This document shows positions 27,808 through 37,193 of a DNA stretch of 64,000 nt, piece by piece. Every line of letters starts with the position of its first letter. The stretch's first letter is position 1. Both the position numbers and the translations under genes were made by a program. This stretch comes from Rhodoluna sp. GTDB lineage: Bacteria > Actinomycetota > Actinomycetes > Actinomycetales > Microbacteriaceae. The DNA is taken from assembly GCA_044342685.1 (NCBI GenBank), contig JBIIPK010000006.1, positions 3,566-67,565 on the forward strand. Direction: 5' to 3'. Below the pieces are notes generated by a model. It ran no database searches. It was not told the DNA's origin and worked only from the letters and a program-made list of their open reading frames with translations.

Positions 27808-29152
27808 AGGAATTTCCTTACTGAAGATAATGCCAAAAAAGCGCAACCTCGAATTACTGATGCTGTTCTTTGGTTTTGGTCTATTTGCTTTTGAAATTGC
27901 TCAAGTTCAGTTAGCGACCATTCAGATCCTTAGACCAGATGGTTGGTTCATCTGGTCCTTACCAGTTGTTGCTGCAATCGTCTTCCACATAATCCTGAGA
28001 TTCAGAGCAAGTGACGCAGATCCGGTACTTCTGCCGATTGGATTCATTCTTAACTCACTAGGTATCGCGATGATCTATCGCTTGGACTTAGCTAAGACGG
28101 CAAATGCAGCTGATGTGACAGTGGGTGAAAGACAGGTTGTTTGGACTGTTATTGCAATGCTGATTGCAGCAACAGTTCTTTGGCTAGTTAAGTCTCATTT
28201 GTCTTTTAGGAAATACATTTACTCAGCCATGGCCTTGGGTGTTGTGCTTCTAGTTCTTCCTCTACTGCCTGGTATTGGTGTTAGCACGAGCGGTGCTTTT
28301 CTATCTGTGCGTCTAGGACCAATAAGTTTTCAACCTGGAGAGTTAGCAAAGATAGCGTTCATTGTTTTCTTTGCTGGTTACCTAACTTCAAGACGAGAAG
28401 CCCTAGCTGTTGTTGGAAGAAAAGTTCTTGGTATTCGAATTCCGCCGGCAAGAGAACTTGGACCAATTATTTTTATCTGGTTAGCAAGCTTGGGTGTTTT
28501 AGTTTTGCAAAGAGATCTTGGAACCTCTCTTTTGTATTTCGGTTTGTTCCTTGTTCTGCTTTATGTTGCGACCGGTAGAACGTTCTATGTTCTAGTTGGT
28601 CTAGTTATGTTCGTCGCAGGTGCATTGATTGCATCTCGCTTGATGTCTTATGTTGGCAATCGCATTGCTGCATGGCTTGATCCACTTAGCGAAGCGAACT
28701 ATGAAGCTATTGGTGGTTCATACCAATTAGTGCAATCAATGTTTGGTTTAGCTCACGGTGGAATATTTGGAACCGGTCTTGGCGGAGGGTTGCCTACTAT
28801 CGTTCCACTTGCAGAGAGCGACTTCATTATTTCTGCAATTGGTGAAGAACTAGGACTTGCTGGATTGTTTGCTCTTCTTTCTCTCTACATGGTTCTAGTT
28901 GCAAGAGCTTTACGAATTGCAAATACTCACGCAGATGACTTCAGTAAGTTACTTGCAGTTGGTTTAGGTTTCGTAATTGCTCTTCAGTGCTTCATTGTTA
29001 TTGGTGGAGTTCTTAGAGTTGTTCCACTAACTGGCCTAACAACACCACTGCTTGCTGCAGGTGGATCTTCATTGGTAGCTAACTGGATCATCATTGCTTT
29101 GCTCTTGAGACTCTCTGATACTTTGCCTAAACCGGGGACGGTGAGCGAATGA
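27785..29152 (+). CDS. rodA: SEDS-family peptidoglycan glycosyltransferase (FtsW/RodA)
   Basis: About 10 TMS and a FtsW/RodA/SpoVE pattern (QPGELAK...DLGT...ESDFI...EELG). The start is uncertain (TTG 27785 or the ATG of MPKKRN). Confidence 0.85.
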   Translation: MRVLKMARGISLLKIMPKKRNLELLMLFFGFGLFAFEIAQVQLATIQILRPDGWFIWSLPVVAAIVFHIILRFRASDADPVLLPIGFILNSLGIAMIYRLDLAKTANAADVTVGERQVVWTVIAMLIAATVLWLVKSHLSFRKYIYSAMALGVVLLVLPLLPGIGVSTSGAFLSVRLGPISFQPGELAKIAFIVFFAGYLTSRREALAVVGRKVLGIRIPPARELGPIIFIWLASLGVLVLQRDLGTSLLYFGLFLVLLYVATGRTFYVLVGLVMFVAGALIASRLMSYVGNRIAAWLDPLSEANYEAIGGSYQLVQSMFGLAHGGIFGTGLGGGLPTIVPLAESDFIISAIGEELGLAGLFALLSLYMVLVARALRIANTHADDFSKLLAVGLGFVIALQCFIVIGGVLRVVPLTGLTTPLLAAGGSSLVANWIIIALLLRLSDTLPKPGTVSE

Positions 29153-30600
29153 CGCCGGAGATTAGACGCGTAGCCAACTTCATCCTCATAATGTTCTTGT
29201 CGTTATTTGTGGCAGCTAGTGCAATGCAGGTAGTGAATGCTGATGGACTAAACAACGACTCTCGTAATCAACGAGCGGTCTATGACGGATACAAGACTCA
29301 ACGTGGTGCAATTCTTGTAAACAATAAGCCGATTGCTGAATCCATCAAGACCTCAAACGCCTATAAGTACCTTCGTCAATACACAGGTGAGCAATACAGC
29401 GCCATCACTGGCTACTACTCCTTATTCCAAGGTAGAACAGGCCTTGAGAACGTCTTAGATAGTTCTCTCCGTGGCGATAACTCTGCTGCATTCTTCGAGC
29501 AACTAAATGCTCTTCTCTCTGGTAACCCCGTATCGGGGGCTTCAGTTGAACTAACTATTGATGAAGATGTTCAACTAGCTGCTTGGAAAGCATTAGGCAA
29601 GATGAAAGGTGCTGTTGTTGCCATAGAACCAGCAACAGGGCGAATCCTTGCTCTTGTCTCTAAGTCAGGTTTTGATGCCAACCTACTCTCTACCCACAAC
29701 ACAAGCGACGCATCGGCTAACTACACAGCACTTCTAACTAATAAGAACGCTCCTCTAATCAATAGAGCTATCGGTGGAGATCTTTATGCTCCTGGATCTG
29801 TCTTCAAGTTGATTGTTGCTGCAGCAGCTTTTGAGTCCGGTAAATATGATCCAACAAGCACACTACCTAACCCAAAGAGTTACGTGCTACCTGGTACCAC
29901 TACAGCCATCACAAATTCTGGTGAAGGTAGATGTGGTGGAGCTAAGACCGTCTCTATTGCAACAGCACTAAAGCTTTCCTGCAACGTTCCATTTGCTCAA
30001 CTTGGAATTGCTCTTGGACAAGATGCAATTGCTAGACAAGCTGAGGCTTTTGGTTTTGGAGAAGCATTCGCTATTCCATTGAAGTCAACTCCAAGTACCT
30101 ATCCAGAAAACATGGATGATGCTCAGACCGGTCTAACTGCGTTCGGACAATTTGATGTTCGAGTTAGTCCACTTCAGATGGCAATGGTTTCTGCTGCAAT
30201 TGCTAATTCCGGTATTGAAATGAAGCCATATCTCGTGGAACAGATCTTTACTTCAAACCTCACTGTCTTAGAAGAAGGTAAACCTACTGAGTTTGGTCGT
30301 TCAATAACCACCAGCACAGCAGAGCGACTAAAGACAATGATGATTGCAGCTGTTTCATCAGGAGTTAGTTTTAACGCAAGAATTCCTGGAATTAAAGTTG
30401 CTGGTAAAACTGGAACAGCAGAGAATGGTGTTGGTGATCCATACACTCTTTGGTTCACAGGTTTTGCTCCTGCTGATAATCCGCAGGTTGCTGTAGCAGT
30501 TGTTGTTGAAGATGGGGGCGGTATGGGGCAGTCGGGTCGAGGAAATACTTTAGCTGCACCTATTGCTAAGAAAGTAATGGAGGCGGTGTTAGCAAAGTGA
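29149..30600 (+). CDS. pbpA: Class B penicillin-binding protein (transpeptidase)
   Basis: SxxK = SVFK, KTGTAE box, N-terminal TM anchor. Confidence 0.9.
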   Translation: MTPEIRRVANFILIMFLSLFVAASAMQVVNADGLNNDSRNQRAVYDGYKTQRGAILVNNKPIAESIKTSNAYKYLRQYTGEQYSAITGYYSLFQGRTGLENVLDSSLRGDNSAAFFEQLNALLSGNPVSGASVELTIDEDVQLAAWKALGKMKGAVVAIEPATGRILALVSKSGFDANLLSTHNTSDASANYTALLTNKNAPLINRAIGGDLYAPGSVFKLIVAAAAFESGKYDPTSTLPNPKSYVLPGTTTAITNSGEGRCGGAKTVSIATALKLSCNVPFAQLGIALGQDAIARQAEAFGFGEAFAIPLKSTPSTYPENMDDAQTGLTAFGQFDVRVSPLQMAMVSAAIANSGIEMKPYLVEQIFTSNLTVLEEGKPTEFGRSITTSTAERLKTMMIAAVSSGVSFNARIPGIKVAGKTGTAENGVGDPYTLWFTGFAPADNPQVAVAVVVEDGGGMGQSGRGNTLAAPIAKKVMEAVLAK

Positions 30601-31919
30601 AGCCAGAAGAAGGAAAGTTATACGGCAACCGATACCGACTGATCAAACGTATTGCCACCGGTGGTATGGGAGAAGTTTGGCAAGCACAAGATGAAACGAT
30701 TCTTCGTCAAGTAGCAATCAAGATCTTGAAGCAGCAATACATGGGAGACCCTGACTTTGTTGATCGCTTTAGAACTGAAGCTAAACATGCAGCGATGATC
30801 AACCATGATGGCATTGCAAATGTCTATGACTACGGTGAAGACGAAGGTAGTGCATTTCTAGTAATGGAATTAGTTCCAGGTGAATCACTGTCTTCAATTC
30901 TTGAAAGAGAAAAAACTCTTCCTGCTAAACAAGTTATTTCCATAATTGCTCAAACAGCTCTCGCTCTTGATGCTGCCCACCGTGAAGGTTTAGTCCACAG
31001 AGATGTGAAACCTGGAAACTTACTCATCACACCTTCGGGTCATGTGAAGATTACTGACTTTGGTATTGCCAGAGTTGCTAATCAAGTTTCACTAACTCAA
31101 ACAGGTCAGGTAATGGGAACTGTTCAATACCTTGCTCCTGAGCAAGCAACTGGTAAAGCTGCAACAGCAGCGGGAGATATTTACTCGCTTGGAATTGTGG
31201 CTTATGAAGCATTAGCTGGTCGCAGACCATTCAAGGGTGACACCCAGATGGCTATCGCCATGGCTCAGATCAATGACATTCCCCCAGCACTTCCGGAAGG
31301 CACTGATCCAAAGCTCGTGAGATTAGTTATGGACTGTCTGGCTAAGAAGCCAGATCAGAGACCTAGATCCGCTCTTGAGTTAGCAGCTAGAGCTGAAGCC
31401 CTACTTGCTGATACCCCTGCACACGTGGCAATCAACACTGTTATTCCAACAGGTGTTGAACCAGTTAGTGATGAAACAACTGTTATCAACACAGATACCA
31501 AGCCAACTGTTACTGTTCCTGCTATCTGGCCTTGGGTAGTTCTCATCTTGGTTCTACTTAGCACTATTGCAGTTATTGTTTGGGCTGGTCTTGTTGCTCC
31601 TAAACCTGTGGAACCTACTCCAACACCGACTCCTACTAAGACAGAAACTCCAACCCCAACACCTACTCCTACGAAAACCGAAGAGAAGGTTGTAGTTCTA
31701 CTCAGTGAATATGAAGGTTTGGATGTTTCTTTGGTTGTTCCGAAGCTAAGTGACCTGGGTCTGATTGTTGAGCCAATAGCTGGAGACACCGTTCCAGCTG
31801 AAGATACTCGTATCTCTCAGGTCTATGAGATTTCTCCTCTAGGGTCTCTCGAGGTGGGAAGCACTATCTTGGTGTACTACTACCAACAAGAAGTAGACCC
31901 GAACACGGTCATTAACTAG
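30597..31919 (+). CDS. pknA: Hanks-type Ser/Thr protein kinase (PknA position) with PT-rich linker and a PASTA-like C-terminal domain
   Basis: GGMGEVW...[48 protein letters not shown] start overlaps the pbpA stop (GTGA). Confidence 0.85.
   Translation: MKPEEGKLYGNRYRLIKRIATGGMGEVWQAQDETILRQVAIKILKQQYMGDPDFVDRFRTEAKHAAMINHDGIANVYDYGEDEGSAFLVMELVPGESLSSILEREKTLPAKQVISIIAQTALALDAAHREGLVHRDVKPGNLLITPSGHVKITDFGIARVANQVSLTQTGQVMGTVQYLAPEQATGKAATAAGDIYSLGIVAYEALAGRRPFKGDTQMAIAMAQINDIPPALPEGTDPKLVRLVMDCLAKKPDQRPRSALELAARAEALLADTPAHVAINTVIPTGVEPVSDETTVINTDTKPTVTVPAIWPWVVLILVLLSTIAVIVWAGLVAPKPVEPTPTPTPTKTETPTPTPTPTKTEEKVVVLLSEYEGLDVSLVVPKLSDLGLIVEPIAGDTVPAEDTRISQVYEISPLGSLEVGSTILVYYYQQEVDPNTVIN
31614..31682 (+). 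repeat. Tandem duplication of about 33 bp encoding [11 protein letters not shown] x2
   Basis: cctactccaacaccgactcctactaagacagaa / actccaaccccaacacctactcctacgaaaaccgaa. Confidence 0.6.
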
Positions 31920-31993
31920 CAGGGAAGTCTAAGTTTGCTTCCCCAAAGCGAAGATAAACTTGAACAGTTGTCAAATACAGATTGGAGCGATGA

Positions 31994-33868
31994 ATGAGCG
32001 AGAGTAAGCGCATCATCGCTGGCCGATATGAGCTGGGCGAACTAATTGGTCGCGGCGGCATGGCAGAAGTTCACTCCGGAATTGACACCAGACTTGGCAG
32101 AACTGTAGCTATCAAGCTTCTGAAATCTGATCTTGCTGCTGACTCAAGTTTCGAAATTCGTTTCCGCCAGGAAGCTCAAGCCTCTGCTCGTATGGCTCAC
32201 CCGACTATTGTCCGTGTCTATGACGCTGGCGATGAAGTAACTCTTGATGCATATGGTGTTGAGAGACACCTCCCATACATCGTCATGGAACTAGTAACTG
32301 GTGAAGTGCTTAGAGATATTCTTCGTCAAAGAAAACTAACTCAGCAAGAAGCTATTTTCTATGCAACAGGTATTCTCACGGCTCTTGAGTTCTCTCATGC
32401 TGCAGGAGTAATCCACAGAGATATCAAGCCTGCCAACGTAATGATCACTCAGTCGAACGCAGTCAAGGTCATGGACTTTGGTATTGCTAGAGCTGTTAGT
32501 GATTCTTCAGCAACACTTGCTCACACCAATGGAATTGTTGGTACTGCTCAATACTTCTCACCAGAGCAGGCTAAAGGTGAAACAGTAGATTCAAGAACTG
32601 ATCTTTATTCAACCGGTGTATTGCTTTATGAAATGCTCACAGGCAAGCCGCCTTTCACAGGTGAAACTGCTGTTTCTGTTGCTTACCAGCACGTAAGTGA
32701 AACAGCTCCTGCCCCGTCACTTGTTAACCCGAACATTTCTTCTGCTATTGACTCAGTAGTTATGAAGGCCTTGGCTAAAGATAAGAACGCACGTTTCCAA
32801 TCAGCAGAAGAATTTAGAACTGCTCTGGCTGCTGCCGTTACAGGTAAAGCAGTAGACGTATTTGAAGATGGATCTCAGCCTCCAACAGCTCCACTGCAAC
32901 CTATTGTTGATATTGCTCCAACTGTTGTGGTTCCTGAAGTAGATCCGTTTGCTGAACTATTGAACTCAGCCAATGAAGAAGCAACATCCCCTGTCACCAG
33001 AGTTGCTGAGGTTCAAGACAATGAACCAGCTGAAATCTATGAAGACAGTTTCTCACTATTAGGTTTTGATGCTGGCCTCGACGAAGATGAGAAACGAACT
33101 CGAGTTCTAACCAAACCTAAACAGGACAAGCCATCAACTGGTTTGATCTGGGGTGTAGGTAGCGGTATTGGTGTGCTAGTTGTAGGTCTAGTAATTTGGC
33201 TTATTGCTGGAGGAGCTGCTCTTATTTCCTTCAATGGAAATACTGACTCAAAGATTACTGTTTCTGATGTCGTCGGTAAAACATATGACGAGGCTGTTGC
33301 TACTCTCACAGCGCAAGATCTTCTTGTACTAAAAGCACTAGAAGTCAGCAGCACAGTTCCTGCAGGAACTGTTATTTCAACTGATCCACCTGCTGGTGAA
33401 CAAGTTGGTGCCAAGACAACTATTACTGTTCTAGTTTCTTCAGGACAAGAACTATCTCTAATGCCTGACGTTTCAGGAATGACTGAACAAGATGCCATCC
33501 TGGCAATCACCAATGCGAAACTAATTCTTGGAACAATCACTCAAAGTGATTCACCAACAGTTGCTAAGAACATGGTTCTCTCTAGTGAACCAGCTGCAAA
33601 CACTCAGGTGTCTGCAGGAACTGTAGTGAACCTAGTGCTTTCAACAGGAAGTGTTTTAGTTCCAGATGTAGTGAACCTAGACCTAGGCGATGCTACCGCT
33701 CAGCTCACATCACCACAGATCGGTTACACAGTTGAAACCGGTGTTGATGTGGCCTGTGAAGAAGCTGGTGGAACTGCAGGAACTGTTGTTATCGCTCAAT
33801 CAATTGGAGCGGGAATCCAGCCTCAGATGCAGACAATTGTTCTGACTCTTGAGTGTGTACCTAACTAG
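31994..33868 (+). CDS. pknB: Ser/Thr protein kinase PknB with three extracellular PASTA domains
   Basis: GGMAEVH...AIK, HRDIKPAN, DFGIAR, SPEQ. TM GLIWGVGSGIGVLVVGLVIWLIA. Three V(S/P)DV.G... PASTA-like units. Confidence 0.9.
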   Translation: MSESKRIIAGRYELGELIGRGGMAEVHSGIDTRLGRTVAIKLLKSDLAADSSFEIRFRQEAQASARMAHPTIVRVYDAGDEVTLDAYGVERHLPYIVMELVTGEVLRDILRQRKLTQQEAIFYATGILTALEFSHAAGVIHRDIKPANVMITQSNAVKVMDFGIARAVSDSSATLAHTNGIVGTAQYFSPEQAKGETVDSRTDLYSTGVLLYEMLTGKPPFTGETAVSVAYQHVSETAPAPSLVNPNISSAIDSVVMKALAKDKNARFQSAEEFRTALAAAVTGKAVDVFEDGSQPPTAPLQPIVDIAPTVVVPEVDPFAELLNSANEEATSPVTRVAEVQDNEPAEIYEDSFSLLGFDAGLDEDEKRTRVLTKPKQDKPSTGLIWGVGSGIGVLVVGLVIWLIAGGAALISFNGNTDSKITVSDVVGKTYDEAVATLTAQDLLVLKALEVSSTVPAGTVISTDPPAGEQVGAKTTITVLVSSGQELSLMPDVSGMTEQDAILAITNAKLILGTITQSDSPTVAKNMVLSSEPAANTQVSAGTVVNLVLSTGSVLVPDVVNLDLGDATAQLTSPQIGYTVETGVDVACEEAGGTAGTVVIAQSIGAGIQPQMQTIVLTLECVPN

Positions 33869-34500
33869 AGATTTACAAGAGGGCTAAGTTTCTTAGCTTT
33901 CTCAGCTGCACCTTTAAGTCCTAGAGATTCCAACCAGTTACCAAGCATTTGATATCCGCCTTGGGTAAGTACTGATTCAGGATGGAATTGAACTCCATAA
34001 ATAGGAAGTGTCTTGTGCCGAATGCCCATGATTACTCCACCAGCAGTCTTACTAGTAACAACTAAATCTTCTGGAACCGTGTTAGCAACTACTGCGAGTG
34101 AGTGATATCTAGTTGCAGTGAAGGGTTCTGGAACATCTTTATAGACCAAACTGTCATCGTGGAATACCTGACTGGTTTTACCGTGCATTAGTTCTTCAGC
34201 ACTTGTAACAGTTGCTCCCATAGCTTCAGCAATTGCTTGGTGGCCTAGGCAAACACCGAATATGGGTTGACCTGACTTTAATGCGAGTTTGACTGTTGGA
34301 ACACTCAATCCTGCATCACCTGGTGTGCCAGGTCCTGGGGATATCAATACCGCATCATATTTAGCCAGTAGATCTGGTAGTTCAGCCTCGGTCACGACAT
34401 CGTTACGCAGAACCTCTGTTTCAGCACCAAGCTGCTGAAGGTAGCCATTCAGCGTATAAACAAAGGAGTCGTAGTTATCTAGGACCAAAATCTTAACCAT
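33865..34500 (-). CDS. trpG: Class I glutamine amidotransferase, anthranilate/aminodeoxychorismate synthase component II
   Basis: GVCLGHQ nucleophile, QFHPES. 211 aa. Conserved position next to pknB. Confidence 0.85.
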   Translation of the reverse strand: MVKILVLDNYDSFVYTLNGYLQQLGAETEVLRNDVVTEAELPDLLAKYDAVLISPGPGTPGDAGLSVPTVKLALKSGQPIFGVCLGHQAIAEAMGATVTSAEELMHGKTSQVFHDDSLVYKDVPEPFTATRYHSLAVVANTVPEDLVVTSKTAGGVIMGIRHKTLPIYGVQFHPESVLTQGGYQMLGNWLESLGLKGAAEKAKKLSPLVNL

Positions 34501-34550
34501 AAGGATTCAAGACTAACTTGCTAAGGCCCGCCTCGTAATAGAATTGTGGA

Positions 34551-34838
34551 ATGTCTGATAACGAAAAGAAAACCGCAAAGCTTCCAAAGCGTCCAGCTAA
34601 GCCAGCCGCTCCTGATTCTGTCAAGGTAACTAAGAACAAGGAAGGCAACCCTGCTTGGTTCCTACCTGTGACTCTTACATTCCTAGTCGTGGGACTTGTT
34701 TGGATCATGGTTTACTACATCAGCCAGACTGTATTCCCTCTAGGTTCAGGAACACCAATCAACCTAGGTGCAGGAAACATCATCGTAGGCTTCGGTCTAA
34801 TGATGGTGGGTTTCGGTCTTCTAACCCGCTGGAAGTAA
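34551..34838 (+). CDS. crgA: Cell-division protein CrgA
   Basis: 95 aa, two TMS, NP.W..P motif and C-terminal ...TRWK. Confidence 0.85.
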   Translation: MSDNEKKTAKLPKRPAKPAAPDSVKVTKNKEGNPAWFLPVTLTFLVVGLVWIMVYYISQTVFPLGSGTPINLGAGNIIVGFGLMMVGFGLLTRWK

Positions 34839-35660
34839 TTAGTTATACAAACTATTTATTGGTGCATTAGCAACAAACCAAATAACCAATAGCGCTACAC
34901 CTATTCCAACTAGAGAAATAGTTTGAACAGTTGGCTTAATGTGATTTCTGGTGGCAACCAAAACATATCCAACGGCTGCTCCAACAACTAATCCACCAAC
35001 GTGAGCTTCCCAGGCTATGCCGGGTAAGAATCCTAGAACTAAGTTAAGTCCGATGATGATATACATCTGTCCTGCATTTAGTTTCATCACAACTAGGAAA
35101 ACTAAGTAAGCACCCATCAAACCAAAGACAGCTCCGCTAGCTCCGACCACACTTCCAAACTGAGTGGAGAGAACTAGGAAACCTAGACCGCCACCAAATA
35201 TTGATAATGCGTAAAGTATTAGGAATCTGAGCTTGCCGAGCATTGGCTCAAGCAAAGTTCCTAGAACAAATAGTGAATACATGTTGAATAGTATGTGTGT
35301 GATCTGTGTTTCAGAGTGAGTAAAGCCAGAAGTGAAAACTCTAAGTAGGCTTCCCTCTTCGGTGATGCTGCCAACGTTTGAATACCTGAGTGAATAAATT
35401 AGCCCAGGGAAAAGTAGTTCTGCTACGAATACCAAAACGTTTATGGCAATGAGAACGAGAGTAACTGGTGCGGCACTTATAAGCGACTTTTGGAAAGTTG
35501 CTTTTTGAATCTTGACTCTATCTTTTGCATCTTCAGGACATAGGAAACCTATTGCACCAGGAGAAGAACAATCAACGCATATAAATCTTTCACAGCGTTG
35601 ACAAGACACCCCGCTCTCGCGATCGGGGTGTCTGTAACAGTGAGTAGAAAGTTCTGACAC
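34839..35660 (-). CDS. Rhomboid-family intramembrane serine protease with N-terminal zinc-ribbon
   Basis: CYRHP....VSCQRCERFICVDC, catalytic GASGAVFG and a downstream H(VGG). 6-7 TMS. Confidence 0.85.
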   Translation of the reverse strand: MSELSTHCYRHPDRESGVSCQRCERFICVDCSSPGAIGFLCPEDAKDRVKIQKATFQKSLISAAPVTLVLIAINVLVFVAELLFPGLIYSLRYSNVGSITEEGSLLRVFTSGFTHSETQITHILFNMYSLFVLGTLLEPMLGKLRFLILYALSIFGGGLGFLVLSTQFGSVVGASGAVFGLMGAYLVFLVVMKLNAGQMYIIIGLNLVLGFLPGIAWEAHVGGLVVGAAVGYVLVATRNHIKPTVQTISLVGIGVALLVIWFVANAPINSLYN

Positions 35661-36193
35661 TAAGCCGCAACTGTTTCGATTGAGATGCTCTCAATTACAA
35701 CTGGCTCTAATGGCTTGTCCTGAGCTCCAGTTTTTACTGCAGCAATCTTGTCAACTACTTCCTTAGAAGCATCGTCTGCTACTTCACCAAAGACGGTGTG
35801 CTTACCGTATAGCCAAGAGGTGTCGGCAACAGTGATGAAGAACTGTGAACCGTTGGTGCCAGGTCCTGCATTTGCCATAGCTAACTTGTATGGTTCGTTG
35901 AAGTTCTGCTCGCTGATTTCATCTTTGAAGTTGTAGCCAGGGCCACCCATTCCAGTTCCTGTTGGGTCTCCACCTTGAATCATGAAGTTAGGAATGATGC
36001 GGTGGAAGATAACACCGTTGTATAGGGGCTTATCTGTGTGCTTAGCTCCTGTGCGTGGGTCAGTCCACTCTTTAGTGCCGTCAGATAGGCCAACAAAGTT
36101 GGCAACTGTTACTGGGGCGTCTAGGCCGAAAAGATTGATCTTTATGGCTCCGTGGTTAGTGTTTAGGGTTGCGATGTGAGTTGTATTTGTCAT
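35660..36193 (-). CDS. ppiA: Cyclophilin-type peptidyl-prolyl cis-trans isomerase
   Basis: ...FHRIIPNFMIQGGDP.GTG.GGPGY.F.DE......MANAGP.TNGSQFFIT. I place the start at the ATG of MTNTTHIATL (36193). The track ORF extends to 36265. Confidence 0.9.
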   Translation of the reverse strand: MTNTTHIATLNTNHGAIKINLFGLDAPVTVANFVGLSDGTKEWTDPRTGAKHTDKPLYNGVIFHRIIPNFMIQGGDPTGTGMGGPGYNFKDEISEQNFNEPYKLAMANAGPGTNGSQFFITVADTSWLYGKHTVFGEVADDASKEVVDKIAAVKTGAQDKPLEPVVIESISIETVAA

Positions 36194-36315
36194 GTAATCA
36201 TTCTCGCACGACTCTAAACAGTCGAAATAACGCCTATATCTCCGCCAATGTCGGTGCCAGACCATACAATGTTTGAGATGTTTCCAATCGGGGATATTAG
36301 GGCTCTAGGTAATAG

Positions 36316-36837
36316 GTGGGCATGAATACAGAAGTTCTGTTGGCGCGTGGGGAGACTGTAACATCATTCGAGACACCCGCTGCTGGAAAGATCAAAGTAG
36401 CCTGGCCTGAGCCAAAAGTAATGAAGATTCTTGTCCCAGTGGGGTTGAAATTGGGACCTCTAAAATCAGACTTCCAAGAAAATTTCAAAGAAATTCTCAA
36501 TCCTGAGCTGATTGAGCATCTGGATGAGGCCTGGCCTAGAGACCCAGAGATAAAGATAGACCGAAAGCCAGTGGTTTTAGAGCCTTGGGATGATATTCAA
36601 ATAGAGATTCTTCCTCAGAAAAAACCTCGCGCAGATAGCGTAGAAACAGAGATTGAGTTAGACAGACCTCGTATCACCATTCAAATGGGGCAAAGAGTCG
36701 ATGAATTTAGTGACAATTGTAAGCAGCACCTGAAACCAGAGCTATTTGAGCACGTCGTACGTCTGTGGTCAGACCCTGACTACTGCCGGGCCGTTGTTCC
36801 TATTGGCAGAAATATACTTATCCGCGGTTGCGCTTAG
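36316..36837 (+). CDS. Hypothetical cytoplasmic protein with an internal duplicated motif (no family recognised)
   Basis: 173 aa with no TM or signal. Two related segments: aa 51-78 SDFQENFKEILNPELIEHLDEAWPRDPE and aa 129-155 DEFSDNCKQHLKPELFEHVVRLWSDPD. The start is ambiguous (GTG 36316 or ATG 36322). Confidence 0.5.
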   Translation: MGMNTEVLLARGETVTSFETPAAGKIKVAWPEPKVMKILVPVGLKLGPLKSDFQENFKEILNPELIEHLDEAWPRDPEIKIDRKPVVLEPWDDIQIEILPQKKPRADSVETEIELDRPRITIQMGQRVDEFSDNCKQHLKPELFEHVVRLWSDPDYCRAVVPIGRNILIRGCA

Positions 36838-37090
36838 GCTTAGCTGGCCAACCCAAAGCTCCAACAGCCTTTAGAAGCTCTTCTGGAGATACCTTAAGTT
36901 CTTGGCAAAGTCTTCCAACTGTGCCTGACGGGATCTCACGCTCTAGGTGGAAATATCTGCTCAAGCTTGACTTCTGCATGCCTGTGGCGATTGCGAACTG
37001 ATTTAGAGATCTATAGCCTCTAGCTTCGTACTTAGATACGAACCAGTTCCATGCTGATTGAATGTTTTCTGCTGATTGCTTTTGAACCAT
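36818..37090 (-). CDS. XRE-family helix-turn-helix transcriptional regulator
   Basis: 90 aa. SLNQFAIATGMQKSSLSRYF...IP..T..RLC..L.VSPEELL is an XRE/Cro-type HTH. Basic C-tail. Confidence 0.7.
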   Translation of the reverse strand: MVQKQSAENIQSAWNWFVSKYEARGYRSLNQFAIATGMQKSSLSRYFHLEREIPSGTVGRLCQELKVSPEELLKAVGALGWPAKPKRNRG

Positions 37091-37121
37091 TTAGTCTGAC
37101 TTACCTGCTCTTTGAAGCCCC

Positions 37122-37133
37122 ATGCAATTGCAT
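37122..37133. promoter_or_regulatory. Perfect 12-bp palindrome ATGCAATTGCAT upstream of the XRE gene (candidate operator)
   Basis: Lies 32-43 bp upstream of the XRE start codon (37090). Confidence 0.3.
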
Positions 37134-37193
37134 CCAATACACACTTTATACGCATAATCGGGAACATGCACAAACTCTCCGCAGTTTGTCAGG

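Noticed and set aside
31355-31789. 144-aa minus-strand ORF with GVGVGVGV runs.
   Set aside because: It is the antisense image of the PTPTPT linker inside the pknA-like gene, which has complete kinase motifs. It is a typical repeat-driven shadow ORF.
33037-33540. 167-aa minus-strand ORF inside pknB.
   Set aside because: It is antisense to a well-supported kinase/PASTA gene. It has no recognisable motif and a Ser/Thr/Pro/Arg-rich composition typical of the wrong frame.
37170-37189. Inverted repeat ACAAACT-ctccgc-AGTTTGT downstream of GH16. It shares the half-site ACAAACTG/CAGTTTGT with the lacI-spacer repeat at 4161-4178, suggesting a common LacI regulon.
   Set aside because: The shared element is only 7-8 bp. 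The arm arrangement is inverted between the two loci, and this copy lies downstream of GH16 rather than upstream. A chance match is likely.
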